Assembly (NCBI RefSeq): GCF_963853765.1
Contig: NC_088861.1
Span: 992,001 to 1,056,000, forward strand
Direction of reading: 5' to 3'
Source: Magallana gigas
Lineage: Eukaryota
DNA length: 64,000 nt
Positions 23,166 to 36,446 of the stretch are shown here, one piece after another. A program made the translations under genes and the position numbers. Below the pieces are notes generated by a model. That model did no database searches and was not told where the DNA came from. It worked only from the letters and a program-made list of their open reading frames with translations. Each line of letters begins with the position of its first letter. Within the stretch, counting starts at the first letter, position 1.

Positions 23166-25372
23166 TAACAAAAATCAAAACAACTTCGAAGGTTTTTAAA
23201 TGATATTTAATTAATACATTGGTGAATACAGACTTTGCTAGAGAAAAAATATTATATGACATAAAATATCATGCACAAAAAAATTATATTAATATAGCAA
23301 ACTGTTTAATACATCTAGTTATCGATATTTCTGTCTTATCAAGAACAAGCAAACTGTTTAAACTTTAACTTTAGATTAATATTTCAAAAAATGATGTACC
23401 TTGCAATTCTTTAGCTTAGTGAAAGCATTAGCAAACGTTACAAATAAATTCAAACTTTTCAATTACAGTGTATTCTAGTTACATGTAATGAAAAGTGTTT
23501 CATTCAAATGTTTTTTCGAACAAAAAAACAACCAATGAAACAGCACTATGGGTCCCTTCAAAGCTAATAAAATAAGAATACAGAGTTATGTACTTGTGCT
23601 GTTAAGGTCAAGATCTTGTCTTTTAGGTGCCAGAACCATTTGCCGCCATAATTGATTTGATAAAAATTCCTAGTAATTTACGGTTTTAAAGAAATTATAT
23701 TGAAAATGGAATAATTTTTTGACATTTTACATGTACATTAAATCTTGGGGAAATAATCTCAATATCCATATTTAATTTGACATTATTTTAAAGAGGAGGT
23801 CATCAATAGCTTGTTTAATGCCGTATTTGGAGAGAGACTATTGACATTCTAGATATCTTTCATTAATCAAAATGGACAAAACTTGTTACTTATTTTCTTT
23901 ATATTTCATAGCAAATGACAGTTAAAACATGCTTTTGCATAGTGTTAACCAAATCTTTAAGTCCCGATACACCCTTTCAAACATTGCTATCTTTTAAGCA
24001 TACTTGAAGGAATTTATATCTTGAATTTCATAAACCTGTAGGCACATTTTATTTTCTAGATCTTGGCCTTATTGTCAGCAACATGTTGTTTACATAATAA
24101 GCAAATTGGTTTTTGTTTTCGAAAGTATTCATGTTATATTTCTTTTCTTCATTCTCAAGGATATTAAAAATATTAACTGAATATACATATGAGTGGCAAT
24201 ATCAAACACGTTTAAAATGTACAAATAATTCGCATAGAACTTTCTTGCATATTACACTGTATGGAGTATTTTCAAAAACTACGTAAAGTTGGCAGTATAT
24301 CAATTTTAGCTGGAAAACAGATGGTTTAGTTTGAAACAATGACTTTTGATATCAATGTAGTCTATAAATTTATCTTATATTAAAAAAATACCTTTGATAC
24401 ATACCCACCATGAGCATAAAAAAATATATAGTTATTACCAAAACGATTAATCTTTGAATACACACCAACGCCCATCCTAGACAAGAAGTTTTAAGATTAG
24501 CAAATTCTATTTCTTTTTATTTTATATTTTTTTCAAGATTTTGAAAACTACACGTTAATATTGATGTCTTTTTGCATATAAAGCAGCATAGTTATTTTTT
24601 TATTTGTTTTATATCGTTTTTAGAGAGGTCTCAATAATTATTTGTTTTCATATTAGTCGTAGAATCAGTTAATTTTAGTGCTGACTTAGGTTTTCTGTTA
24701 CATCATTATTTATTACCTGCTTTTCCTGCAAACAATGTAGTAAAAATGTATCTTAAAATTTGAACAGTAGAATTTCTTCACAAAATAATAAGTATCAAAG
24801 CTGTAACACGCCATATTGTTATTCCTGACCTTGTCAAACAGTCTTCCTTTGATTTCATTAACATTCGTTGGTATCATTTTTTCGTGAATTTAGTCAAAAT
24901 CACAATTTTAGGAATACGTAAATTCGTGTGATCAATGCAATATATTACCAGAAATGGAATTTCAATAATAGTCTACAAAACAAAATCCATGAAAATTAAT
25001 TCAACGAACATTCATAAAACCACAATGAAATAAAAAATCAGACCAAACTCATATCAAAAAAATTATGAAACACTACCAAGTCAAAAAAAAAATTTGTAGT
25101 TCAGCGTTGCAAAATGCCGTATTCATTAATTACCTCTTCATAGCCTCGTACATCTAAAAAAGAACATTTTAAAAGATATGAGAATCGTGGTCATTATTTT
25201 ACTATATTGATCCCCTTTACAAGAGAAGCTTTGTATTAAGATAGAGGAAATTGCTCAAATTTATAAGCTAAAGTATATTTCTTTGCTAAAAAACAGTTCA
25301 CAGCTAAGCAAAAGTGTGCTAAAATTAAAGGTAGTTCTGGTGGGTAATTTATTGACCACAAAACCTCCTTAA

Positions 25373-25698
25373 AGGGGCATGGTCACGATTTTTATCAAAA
25401 ATTATTTTTCCCATTTTAATGTTTACACTGCTTCGGTAAAGCATGTTTAACCGACAACTATAATTTAAGTGTCTCAAAATTAATAAAAAGATAGACAAAT
25501 TAGCTTGAAAAAGATTTTTGTTACTGGTTTATTGAACTAAATAACAACAGGGCACGAGCCTTGTTTACAAGAAAAAGAATTGAGAGCCTTGTGTCTTGCT
25601 TATAGTTCTACGACTGACTCTCAAATTTCATTTGATTATTAGAAATACATTCCTAAAGAATTGTAAATAATAAAAAACAAAATCGTGATCATGCTCCT
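25373..25698. mobile_element. Kolobok-like TTAA MITE, internally shorter copy
   Basis: TTAA then AGGGGCATGGTCACGATTTT; right end AAAATCGTGATCATGCTCCT. Homologous to 41894-42371. Right TTAA not seen. Confidence 0.7.
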
Positions 25699-28600
25699 TG
25701 CCAGCTTACAAACATTATGCATTTCGACGGAAGTCACTTTAAACGTGAATTCAAAACAATCACAAGACGTTACATATAGTTAATTGGGCGATAATTGCTA
25801 GCCCTGGGTAAGTTAAAAAAAACAGCTTTATTATGTGGATAGGAAATAAAGTTAAAAAAATAATGCTAGGTAGGAAAAAGAAAATATCTATGTTTATTAG
25901 TATTGTAATCTAACCATGATTTATTCATGAAATATTACTGTAAACGTATTACATTTTACTGTGTATTCTATTTAGCGCTCAAGTACATCGCTGAATATCA
26001 TGCATATATGTATAAGGATAGTCAAATTCAGAAATAAGCTAATTCAAATCCATGCCAACTTGATCAAAAACATATTTCCGCCAAATATTTACAGGCCAGA
26101 TATAATACGCTTACAGTATCTCTTTCCTTTTAAGATCAATAACACATATATTCTACTTGTATTCAGATTGTCTTGTGATTAATAATATATACTTATTTAA
26201 CTTAGAATTTTATCATTTTAGTAAACTTTATTCAAACCTACCCTTCATTATATTTATTTCGAGAATTTAGAAAATTATATGCCCCTATCTATATACCAAC
26301 CATCTTGCTGGGAACGCTGTGGAGGTGGTGTTTCCAGTTCATTGAGATTTATATCCCTTTCACTTATCCGTTCGTCTTGTTTCTTTATGTACACCATTGC
26401 GCAATAGCACGTTAGGCTATGACATACCTTAATGTCATTCAGGGTAATAATTGTAGGAGCTATAAAATGTAAAATTGTTGAAAAAAAAAAGATAAATCCT
26501 GTAAAATGCTAAACAAATTAACAAATCTTATCTTTTTTCTAACTACACATATTCTTCATGATAAAATTTTGTCAGATCTCTAGCTAGATTATAAATCACA
26601 CGTTGTTATGTTTATTGATTTTTAAAGTCAGTGCATGTAGTTTAACTATTTTAGTCTATAGTCTGACAATTTCTCATTTTTGATAGAAAACTTACTTGTC
26701 AAAATATCTAAATTCATGAAGCATTTTCGAAACTTTAGTCGCTAACAATAACGTCTGAAATATCAGACAAATATCAGACACTCAAATAAGGTCTGATATA
26801 TTAGACATTCAAATCAGCGCCAACATGTAATTGAATTGACAGTTCAAATTTTGTTATAAAGCATGGAGTGCAAAATAGATTTGTTTTTTACGACACATCT
26901 AAAAAGAAAATCCAATGATAATACATGGAAGGCTTGTAAATGACCAAACTGAGGGACATAAGGAAGAAGACAGAATTGAATGCAAGGAAACATTATTGTG
27001 GCTTTGTTTCATCTTTGTCGGCAAGGTTACAATAATTCGTTAAGCTTGGCCAATAAGGTACTGTAAATGCAGGCAGACTGAGGGCCACTTTACTTTACAA
27101 ATAAAGCTGATATTGGAAAATGGTGATAAGATAAAGATAATAATTACTTTAACAATACCCTTTTATGTTTTATTTCCCTGCAATCAGTAATTAAGGATGA
27201 TAAAATCACAGTTGAGTTCCGTTGCAATAATTATAAATAAATGCATATATTTCACAACTTTCTCATTTACTTTGCCGGGCAAATATTGATGACCCGAAGG
27301 GATATGCTTAATTATATCAAAGAGACTAACTTTACTTGACTTTTCTTGATAAAATTTAATTTATGAAAGTAGATAAAATGAAAACAAATTACAAATATGA
27401 TGATTTTTAAATTACTAGTTTGCTGGTTGTTTCAGTCTTTTGTTTATATTAGTACTGATAGCACAACGAAACACAAAATACAGAATCATCATACCGTCGG
27501 CAAGCATAGTGATTTTTCCACATCCGATACAATCAAAGTAAACATTTTCGGGATTGAGGACACATCCGCTTCCTGCAAGTCGGACGGCTGATATTCTGCG
27601 AGCGTCATCAACAGGCATAGTCGAGAACGTCGACAATCGTCTGAGAGAACTGCGTCTTGTATGGTCAAACTGGGGAAGTATTTTGTTCGACCTGTTTTTA
27701 TTGGATCTCTGCAAATGGTTTAGAAAAAGATTCATTGTTTATGATTTATATAACTACTCATTATAGATTGGATTTGTTTATTTTTTGATTTTCATTATAG
27801 TTCATTGTTTAAAATCTATATTTTGATCTATGAAACAATTATTATATATATAATGAAACGCCCTTTTTTAAAACAACTGCAGTTGTTTTTACCCCTGTCT
27901 CTTTAGTCCAGGGTGTCATAGACGATGCCATGATCTGCACTTGTCCAAATTCTTCTAAAACGTATCTTTGTTAGATGAATATGGTGTTTTCGTACAGGGC
28001 TTAACAGTGTTAAACAAAAATCGTCTCGTCTAAATGCAGTAGGTAAGGTTTTAGGTACCCAGGCCATTTATGTTAGACGATTTAGTACCATTGCTCTGCA
28101 AAAGTAAAATCAAATCATACTGAAATATTAAAAATAGCATGACAACATTTTGTGAATCTTGTCTAGTTTCATCGGATATTCACAGATCCTTGATGTCTAT
28201 TTTTTCTAAATTATTCTAAAAACCCAAATCTTTATAAAAGTAGCTTAAATCTTGTAGTTTGTCTTAATGAAATTTATTTCATGGTCGTGAGGTATTGCAC
28301 GCTTACACAGTTAATTCTTTAGAATTGAACAAAAGCCCTAGATATACGTTGTATTTCTATTACCGATAAAGTCACGTAAAATCAAGCTCTGTAGTCAAAC
28401 AAACAAGAACATGATACACAAAAATATTTATTAGACCAGAAAATTACTAAATTCTATACAAAATCCTTTGTACTTCATAACCAATATTTTTGAGCTTCAA
28501 ACACAAGACCCCGTTAAATTTCTACACGGTAAATTTTAAAATGTCAGTTTATATTTTAAAGCCATAACAAGAATACAATTTGACTATATAATGGGAAGTT

Positions 28601-28826
28601 CTGTTACCTGACTTGTGTATCTATTACAAAATATGGAACTTTTTTTTCGTACAGTTAACAGTATGAATTGTTTCATGCATGCTAAACGTGTTGCAAACTT
28701 ACATATGATAGTTGAAATTTAGATAAAAGTACTTATGTAACTTAGAGTTGTATTTTTTATGTTTGATATTAGAGTATATAGCAAAACTGCATTTTCGAAA
28801 AAGAAAAAAAAATCAATTTTTACTCT

Positions 28827-28921
28827 AAGAGGTAAAGAAAGAACCAAATCTAGCTAGCAATGTTTACTATTCAAGAGGTAAAGAAAGAACCAAATATAGC
28901 TTGCAATGTTTACTATTCAAG
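28827..28921 (+). repeat. 46-bp tandem duplication
   Basis: AAGAGGTAAAGAAAGAACCAAAT(C/A)TAGCT(A/T)GCAATGTTTACTATTC twice. Confidence 0.85.
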
Positions 28922-29230
28922 ACAATGGCGGCCCCTATAATCTTGTAAGATTTATACAGCGTCAATTCTTATATTATATATTTTATATTATAATCTTTTG
29001 TATAAAGATTTCGTAGTGGAATATATGTGGAATATATGTCACTAGAATATATTAAACTTATCTTACAGAAATCGATAAAATTATGCTGATTTATTTCCTA
29101 ATGTTCTTTAATATTTTTTACGACCATACTAAGCCATTATGCTTAAGATCGATATTTATCAATAAAATGTTTTAATTCATAAATGTAGAGATAAATGAAT
29201 GTTCATTGTACTTCTAATGAAATTAGTTTT

Positions 29231-29377
29231 NNNNNNNNNNNNNNNNNNNNNNNNNNNNNNNNNNNNNNNNNNNNNNNNNNNNNNNNNNNNNNNNNNNNNN
29301 NNNNNNNNNNNNNNNNNNNNNNNNNNNNNNNNNNNNNNNNNNNNNNNNNNNNNNNNNNNNNNNNNNNNNNNNNNNNN
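29231..29377. other. Assembly gap (N run)
   Basis: 147 N. Confidence 1.
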
Positions 29378-30189
29378 GGACTAAGAAATTAAAACAAAGT
29401 ATAAAGAATGAATACGTTTCTAACAATATTGCTGGCTATTTATTATAATTTGTTCATTTCGTCAGTTACAAATTGTCCACACAGTATGCTATTTGTATTA
29501 TATACCATAAATGAGAGAAGCCAGGTTAGTCCCAAAATATTCAATATCCTTTTAAAATTCATAGATACATTCATTAAGTCTTAATTATACAAGTTTACAG
29601 AATGCGTTAAATGTAATCTCTTTGATTAATATGATGTCATAGGAAAGAACAGACGTGTCTTCTTTAATAGCTTTATGTTGGTAAGACAATGAAAGGTATT
29701 AGACAGTATAAGTTATAACATAACAAGTGTAGGCCATTAAACGTCTCTGTAGATAAATATTCGTGATTGAGGCTTGGATCTCCTCTTTTAAACGCAAAAC
29801 CCCTACTTACTTTTCAGTTGTTTCTTGCTTTGAACAAAATTTACACCAGTTTTTATGTTTACAAAAATAACATTCATTTTGTATACTCTATCAAACTGAC
29901 ATCAGCTATTATTTTTCATCATCTTTCACATGAATAAGTATATAGAATATCAATTTTCGTTAATGATCAATAAAAACATTCCTACAGAAGGTAAATTAAA
30001 TTAATTAGAGACTTTAGTTAGTTTAGCTTCTTCCTGACCATTTATATTTCAAACAGGTCGCACGATTTAAAAGAATGTCATTCGATCAGTGCATTTAAAT
30101 GAAGCATATTGTAAATTATAAAGTTTTAAGACTTTTTCGTGTACTGCTAATGTTTGTAGGTCAAATATATAAATAGATTTGTTGATATT

Positions 30190-30350
30190 ATAGCATTGAA
30201 TGATTTATTTTTGACGTCGTCGTGTCAATAATTGCCGTCAGGTGAGCAGACAAATTGAATAACGCGCGTTAGCGCGTTATGATAATTTGTCTGCTCACCT
30301 GACGGCAGTTATTGACACGACGACGTCAAAAATAAATCATTTAATGCTTA
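30190..30350. repeat. Near-perfect palindromic hairpin element
   Basis: GATTTATTTTTGACGTCGTCGTGTCAATAATTGCCGTCAGGTGAGCAGACAAATT and its reverse complement flank the centre TAACGCGCGTTAGCGCGTTA. Confidence 0.9.
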
Positions 30351-31129
30351 TATTTACATTCCCTTACTGAAGAAATCAATTGTTTACTTAAATAAATCGA
30401 TATAAAGTGCAGATCACGGAGGGAGTGAATAAGTAACAGCAAGAACAGCTGTTTTGTACAACCGGTTTAAACTGGTTTTCACATAGACTGTTGAGATGAG
30501 ATCGACGAGCATGAAAATATAATCCATGATAAATAACTCTTAAAATGTTTCTTGTTGAATAATTATAAAACATGGTTTTTTGACAACATTCATGAAATAC
30601 ATTTTTAACCGATAACATAGAAATCACTGTTTGAGAACTACTTATGTAAACTACTCGTAAATTCATACACAGTGAATAGGTGTTGCATTTAGAGGCATTT
30701 AAACATCACGAAATTTAATGGAAAAACACAGCAGAATGTAAATATAGCTCTTTGTCTGACCCCATTTGCACCAGTTTCCAAAGCCAAAGAATATGACAGT
30801 TATTTTGATATTGTTTTAATACAGTGTTGTTGGAATTCTTGCATATTTTCAGACAATAAACACTACAGGCCAGAATTAGCGCCTTGAGACGAAGCAAAAG
30901 AAAACCGGAAGTCAATTATATCAAAATAATCTATGATAAAATAAAGTATTGCATACAAATAAATTGTTTTATATACCAATTTACCTACTTTATCAAAAGC
31001 ACCAATATATGCACACCGTCTTTGACGAATGTCCTTGTGTTATCCGAAGAGACACTGTTTATGAATATGATATAGCAAACTACGTAGAAACCTTTAATAG
31101 GGCGTTAACTCCTGAACGGTTTACGTAAT

Positions 31130-31285
31130 GTTTTGACTGACCTCTATCCAATCAGATCGTAGTAGGCGGAGTATGAGCATACAAATTGAGTAACGCGCGC
31201 TGGCGCGTTATGAAAATTTGTATGAACACACCGCTGCAGTTATGAGACTATATTTTTCAAAAAATAATGATTCAATGCTTAAATA
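31130..31285. repeat. Decayed hairpin element of the same family as 30190-30350
   Basis: Centre ACAAATTGAGTAACGCGCGCTGGCGCGTTATGAAAATTTGT; right end ATGATTCAATGCTTA. Confidence 0.65.
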
Positions 31286-31973
31286 TATGACACAGTGTTA
31301 GTATTTATTATCCTTATTTTTGGGGAGGATCTTCTTTAAGTTCAAAACAATTAAAACCGCATATAACAAAATATAAGGATTTATAGAAATATATCATCAA
31401 CTATTGTCAATGTACTAGTATCCAGTAAAGACGATGATGAAAGGTATCAGCATACAATTAGAAGTATCATGATAAAATTTTATCAATATTAAGGCGTTCC
31501 AGAAACATTGATTAATTTTTATACCTTATCTTTGCAGTTTACGTCGAAGCTGCTTGTAAAAATTCAGACTAGATTATTGTTTTTAATAGCGACGTTTTAC
31601 ATGTACTTTTAAAAAATTCGTATACACAGGGAAGTTTAAATACCACACGTTTTAATCATATCCTGCTTTACAATTATCTTATCATCTCGTAACCTCGTGA
31701 CATACTTATGATTCAGAACACATTACTCTATTTCTCAATGAATATATTAGGCACGCATTTGCGTTTTTGGGTATGGTCCGACATAAGATCAATAAACAAA
31801 ATCCAGTCGTCTGACGAAATTAAAGTGAACGGAATTTTAGTATTGGGCTCAGTCTACGCAATTTTGGGACAACCCTCGTATATTCTGTCGGGGTCTGATT
31901 TTGATGCAAAGCATCAAATCGGCCGTCAAAAAATAAAAACCATATAAAAGTATCTGCGCTATGGTAAATGATA

Positions 31974-33275
31974 AACATGAGGTCCACGGGCCACATTGCT
32001 CACTTGAGCAACCATAGGCATGATTAAATAAGCTACATGGAGTCATAATACAAAATATCTGGACACTATGGTATAATACATGTAGATACTATACCAAAAA
32101 AATCTGTTCTTACGGGATATTCTTATATTTATAATCAAGTACCTTTTCTAACAGAATGATTTTATAGTCATATCACATTCAGCATTGCATTTCTAAAAAG
32201 ACCCTTAACAATTCTTTATATACAGGATATAAACCTACATCAAACTCTGAACCCCTTGTGAGGCCCAATAATAGTACAGGGGCCAAAGTTTAAACAGTTT
32301 GAAAGAATCAGCAATGTAGAAAAAATGCTTGCATATAAGTATAAGCATTTATAATAACATTTCAGTTTTTGTGAATATTAAAAAATTTTCCTTTGTACAA
32401 CTGAATCCCCAATGTGGCCCCACACTACTCCTAAAGATTGTGATTTAAACAAATTTAAATTTACACTATCTGAAGTTGCTTTTACTTAGGTTACAGTTTT
32501 CTAGGCAAATGGGTTTTTTTTTCAAAAAAAGATTTACATATATTTTTCAATATATTCCAATGTAAAAATTTGTCCCCGCCCCATTGTGACCCCATCCTAC
32601 CCCCCCCCCATCCCCCCCCCCGGCAATCATGATTTGAATAAACTTGAAATCCCACTCCCTGACGATGCTTCCAAACAAGTTCCATCTTTCCTGCCCAAAT
32701 GGTTTTTGAGAAGATTTTAAAAGATTTACTCTATATATTGATATTCCAATGTAAAACTTCGCCCCCCCCCCCCCCTCCCCGTTGTGACCCAACCCTACCC
32801 CAAAAAATCTACATTACCTGAGATTGCGTATACACAAGTTTCAGCTTTCCTGGCCTAGTGGTTTTGAAGATTTTTAAAGATTTACACTATATATTCATAT
32901 ATAAAAATGCAACCCCCCATTGTGGCCTCATCCTACCCCCGGGGTTCAGGATTTTCACAACTTTTAATTTACACTACCTAAGAATGCTTACACAAGCTTC
33001 AGCTTTCCTGGCCAAATGGTTCTTGAGAGGAAGATTTTTGAAAAATTCTCGAAAATTTTCAATAATCCCTAATTATCTCCCTTTTAAAAAGTGCGTGGTC
33101 CTTACTTTTCACAACTTTGAATTCCGTTAGCTTTAGTTTAGTAGAAATTGGCCCAGAGGTTCTGGAGAAGATATTGAAAATGTGAAAAAGGTTACAGACA
33201 GACAGACAGACAGACAGACGACAGACAAAATGTGATCAGAATAGCTCAATTGAGCTTTCAGTTCAGGTCAGCCAA
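31974..33275 (+). mobile_element. HINE (Helentron non-autonomous) carrying a ~165-bp satellite-like array
   Basis: 5' motif GGGCCACATTGCTCACTTGAG; units marked by CCCCA(A/T)TGTG(G/A)CC; (GACA)n at ~33197-33226; 3' end GCTCAATTGAGCTTTCAGTTCAGGTCAGC. Confidence 0.85.
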
Positions 33276-34879
33276 CAATGACTTGCCACACAGTCCCAAA
33301 CCAGCTTGAGGGTGATCAATGTCTTTGGTGGGGTAAGTTCGTTGTGCAGTTAGGTAGTGACTGGGAACTGGACGACACCGAATCATTCTTAAATAAATTG
33401 TTTCATTTTCTGTTACTTTTGTAAGGGATTTCTTCAGTTGGTTGACCACCCCCCTCCCCTCTCAGATATTGACGAATGCAAACCAGTTTGAGAGTGATCA
33501 AGGTCATTGGTGGGGTAAATTTGTTTATATAGTCATGTAGTGACTGAGGCGGGATAACGCCGAATCAGTTAAAGTCACGTAATAATATTTAACTTAACTG
33601 ATCAGGTAATACCTACCCGGTAAACGACTCGACTCAGTTACTAATATAACATCCATCCTACATAGATAAAGGAATTTAAGACTACCTTGACAAAATGCAT
33701 TGTTTTATCCTTGCAACTCATATTGGTCTATTTATTTTGACTGGAGAATGGTAAATTAAGGTTCTGCAGAAAGGATAATTTCTTTGTTAGGTTTTGTTTA
33801 GATAACAAAGAATTGAGAGCTCTATATCTCGCACATAAGTGGATGACAGATATTCAAATAATGGTTTACTATTAGCTATTTTCATTCATAATTTAAATTG
33901 GATGAATTTAAAACACTTTACAACTATTGCCTCTGTTGGTTGAGGCAAAATTCATCACCTCAAAGTTTTTTTCGAGCCACCAAGACTTCAAGTTCAAGAA
34001 TTGTTTTTTTTTATCCATAAATTTGACAATTTAAGTACATATAATTTCTGTTTCTTTATAAACATCGATATAACAATGAAGCCCCCAATATCTATATAAC
34101 AGATACTTATTTAAATACAGGTAAATTCTCAAGTAGATTTAGTCATTCGGCAAAAAGAATATCGAAACTACAGATAGTTAGTCTGTGATAAAAGATTCAC
34201 GTCCCAACAATTATGTACGCTTGCACATTCCTCAAAATTATTTTAAGAACTGACACATTATGTTATTCCACACGGACTGTGATATTGACACCCGCGAGTT
34301 CCTTCTCCGCTGATAGTGTCGTAAAACTAGTCAAAAACCCGACATTCTTAAAGTTTTCTTGTTCTAACTTGGGTTTTCCCAAAGGAATAACCCATTAAAG
34401 TCGAAACAAGTTTCAGATGTGTACATTGCATAAATAATTTGTTTCCGTCTGGAAACCGAAAGCAATTATGTGAAGTATTTATAGAACATGCCAGTAAAAT
34501 GATACTTGTTATGTACATTCTATCGACGGTATTTCAAATCTACTGATTAAATCAATTATGAACCTAGAAAATACAGTTTCTGATCATAAATATTAAGTAT
34601 TCATTTCTCCTTTTTTCATTATTTAAAGATTTGTTTGTTGTTAAGTAAGATGAATGAAATATTGGACAAAAAAAACCCAGAAAACATTTTAAAGAATAGA
34701 CCTCTAATTAAAACGGATCCTTCAACATTGTGAATGACATGTTAGAAAAAAGCATAACAAGGCTCATTTTGAAAGATTAAAAATGTATTACATTAATGAT
34801 AACATTTTCTAGAACAATCATTTTTCCCCTCACCAGTATTTACACAATAATAGATATCGTGTTTTATGACTTGTTGACT

Positions 34880-35350
34880 TAGTTGACCTGGGGCCAAATA
34901 TGCAAAAAAGACAAAATTTTCACAAAAATAAATGCATGGTGATGATGTCTTTGAATCCCTCTATTGAAATTGTGAAATTCTTGTGGACCATGAGTCAGGG
35001 TTTTAGGCCCTAAGAGGGGGTTCAATATGGCCATATAGTGAACATGTATTTAATCTTAGAATATTCTTCTTCTCTACTCTCATATTTGTTGAAAACAACC
35101 TTAATGCATGTTTATGTTGTTGATGAAGCCCTCTTCCGTGCTTGTGAAATTCATAGCCCCTGGCTCAGGGGTTCAGGTCCTAGAACGTGGCCAATATGGC
35201 CATATATATTGGGGGGGAGTGTGAAATGCATGTTTATTATGTCCATGAAGCCCTCATACATGATACTCCCTGACAGGTCCAAACATCTATGGGCTATGGT
35301 ACTCAGTAACCGTAAAGGTCTGTGGGCCTCTTGTTTATTTAACTCATTAA
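34880..35350. repeat. Interspersed repeat with ~150-bp internal tandem unit, inserted in duplicated segment 1
   Basis: TGTGAAATTC...CAGGG..T(T/C)AGG..CCTA...CAATATGGCCATAT recurs at ~34970 and ~35142. Confidence 0.5.
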
Positions 35351-36446
35351 AATAATTAGTATAAAAAAATATATTAGCGCTAACGTAAATAATCTATACA
35401 GCAGTTACGTACAGTATCTTAATGATCAAATTTCTCTTCATTGTTCTGCTATCATGGCGCTTTTATAATTTCGATATTCAAATAGATGTAATTTTGTTTT
35501 CTTTTTGTAAGCTATACCTTACACTTGAGAAATTACAAAATTAGGGAGTATGTATATTTGGATAAATTATTTATAGAGTGAAGTATTAAGTATCAGTTTT
35601 GGTTGGATTGGATTTTTATATTCAAATCAAAACTGAAACTAATTACGTATCTCTATAATCTACCTATCAAAGTTTGGAAACAATTAAAATTGCAATGAGA
35701 CGTCATCTTATCATGTTTATTCGCATGCTTATTATGTTTATTCACATTCTCAATACAGTAAAGGATCTCAATTTACAATGTACAACAATGGCACTCAGTA
35801 TCGACAAGTTGCCCTACATATACGAACATTAGGTTTCACTTGTTAAACAAGTTGAAAATTCTGGCACTGAAATCACAACAGTTCATTTTACTGAAAATCT
35901 AAACTATCCCTTTTTCAATTATCACAGTATTTAATCCCTTGTATTTTCAAAGTGTTTAAGGGTACATTGTATAGAATATATATTTCCTTCGTACATGTAC
36001 ACCGAAAGTAAAAGTCGTAAGAGTCAAGATGAAAGGAAATATAAAACGAAAATAAAAATTCGTCTTCTTTTTATGCAAATTACAGTGTACATTCACGTTC
36101 ACTTCTATGTAGGTTGGGAACATTTACGAGAATTCCATGTTTACAAATTTTGGATAATTTATGCGACATTTGTTTTAAAAGATATATATTTAGTTTTTAA
36201 AAAAATATTAAATATTTTTCAACACCTATACTTTATATTCTTATAAATTTAACACACTTTATAATAAGTACATTATATTGTCTCCGTTAGTTGAAGCAAT
36301 ATCTATCACATTATTCTCAAACCTATAAGTCTTTGAATTTAGTTATCTGTATATTTGATGTTTGTTTCTTCCTTAATTTCGCCAACACAATAAGGCACTT
36401 TTTGTTTATACAACACAAGTTTGCATCCAAATTAATAAGAGTAATG

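Noticed and set aside
31708-32046. ORFs near the HINE 5' end
   Set aside because: No domain or splice support; partly repeat-derived.
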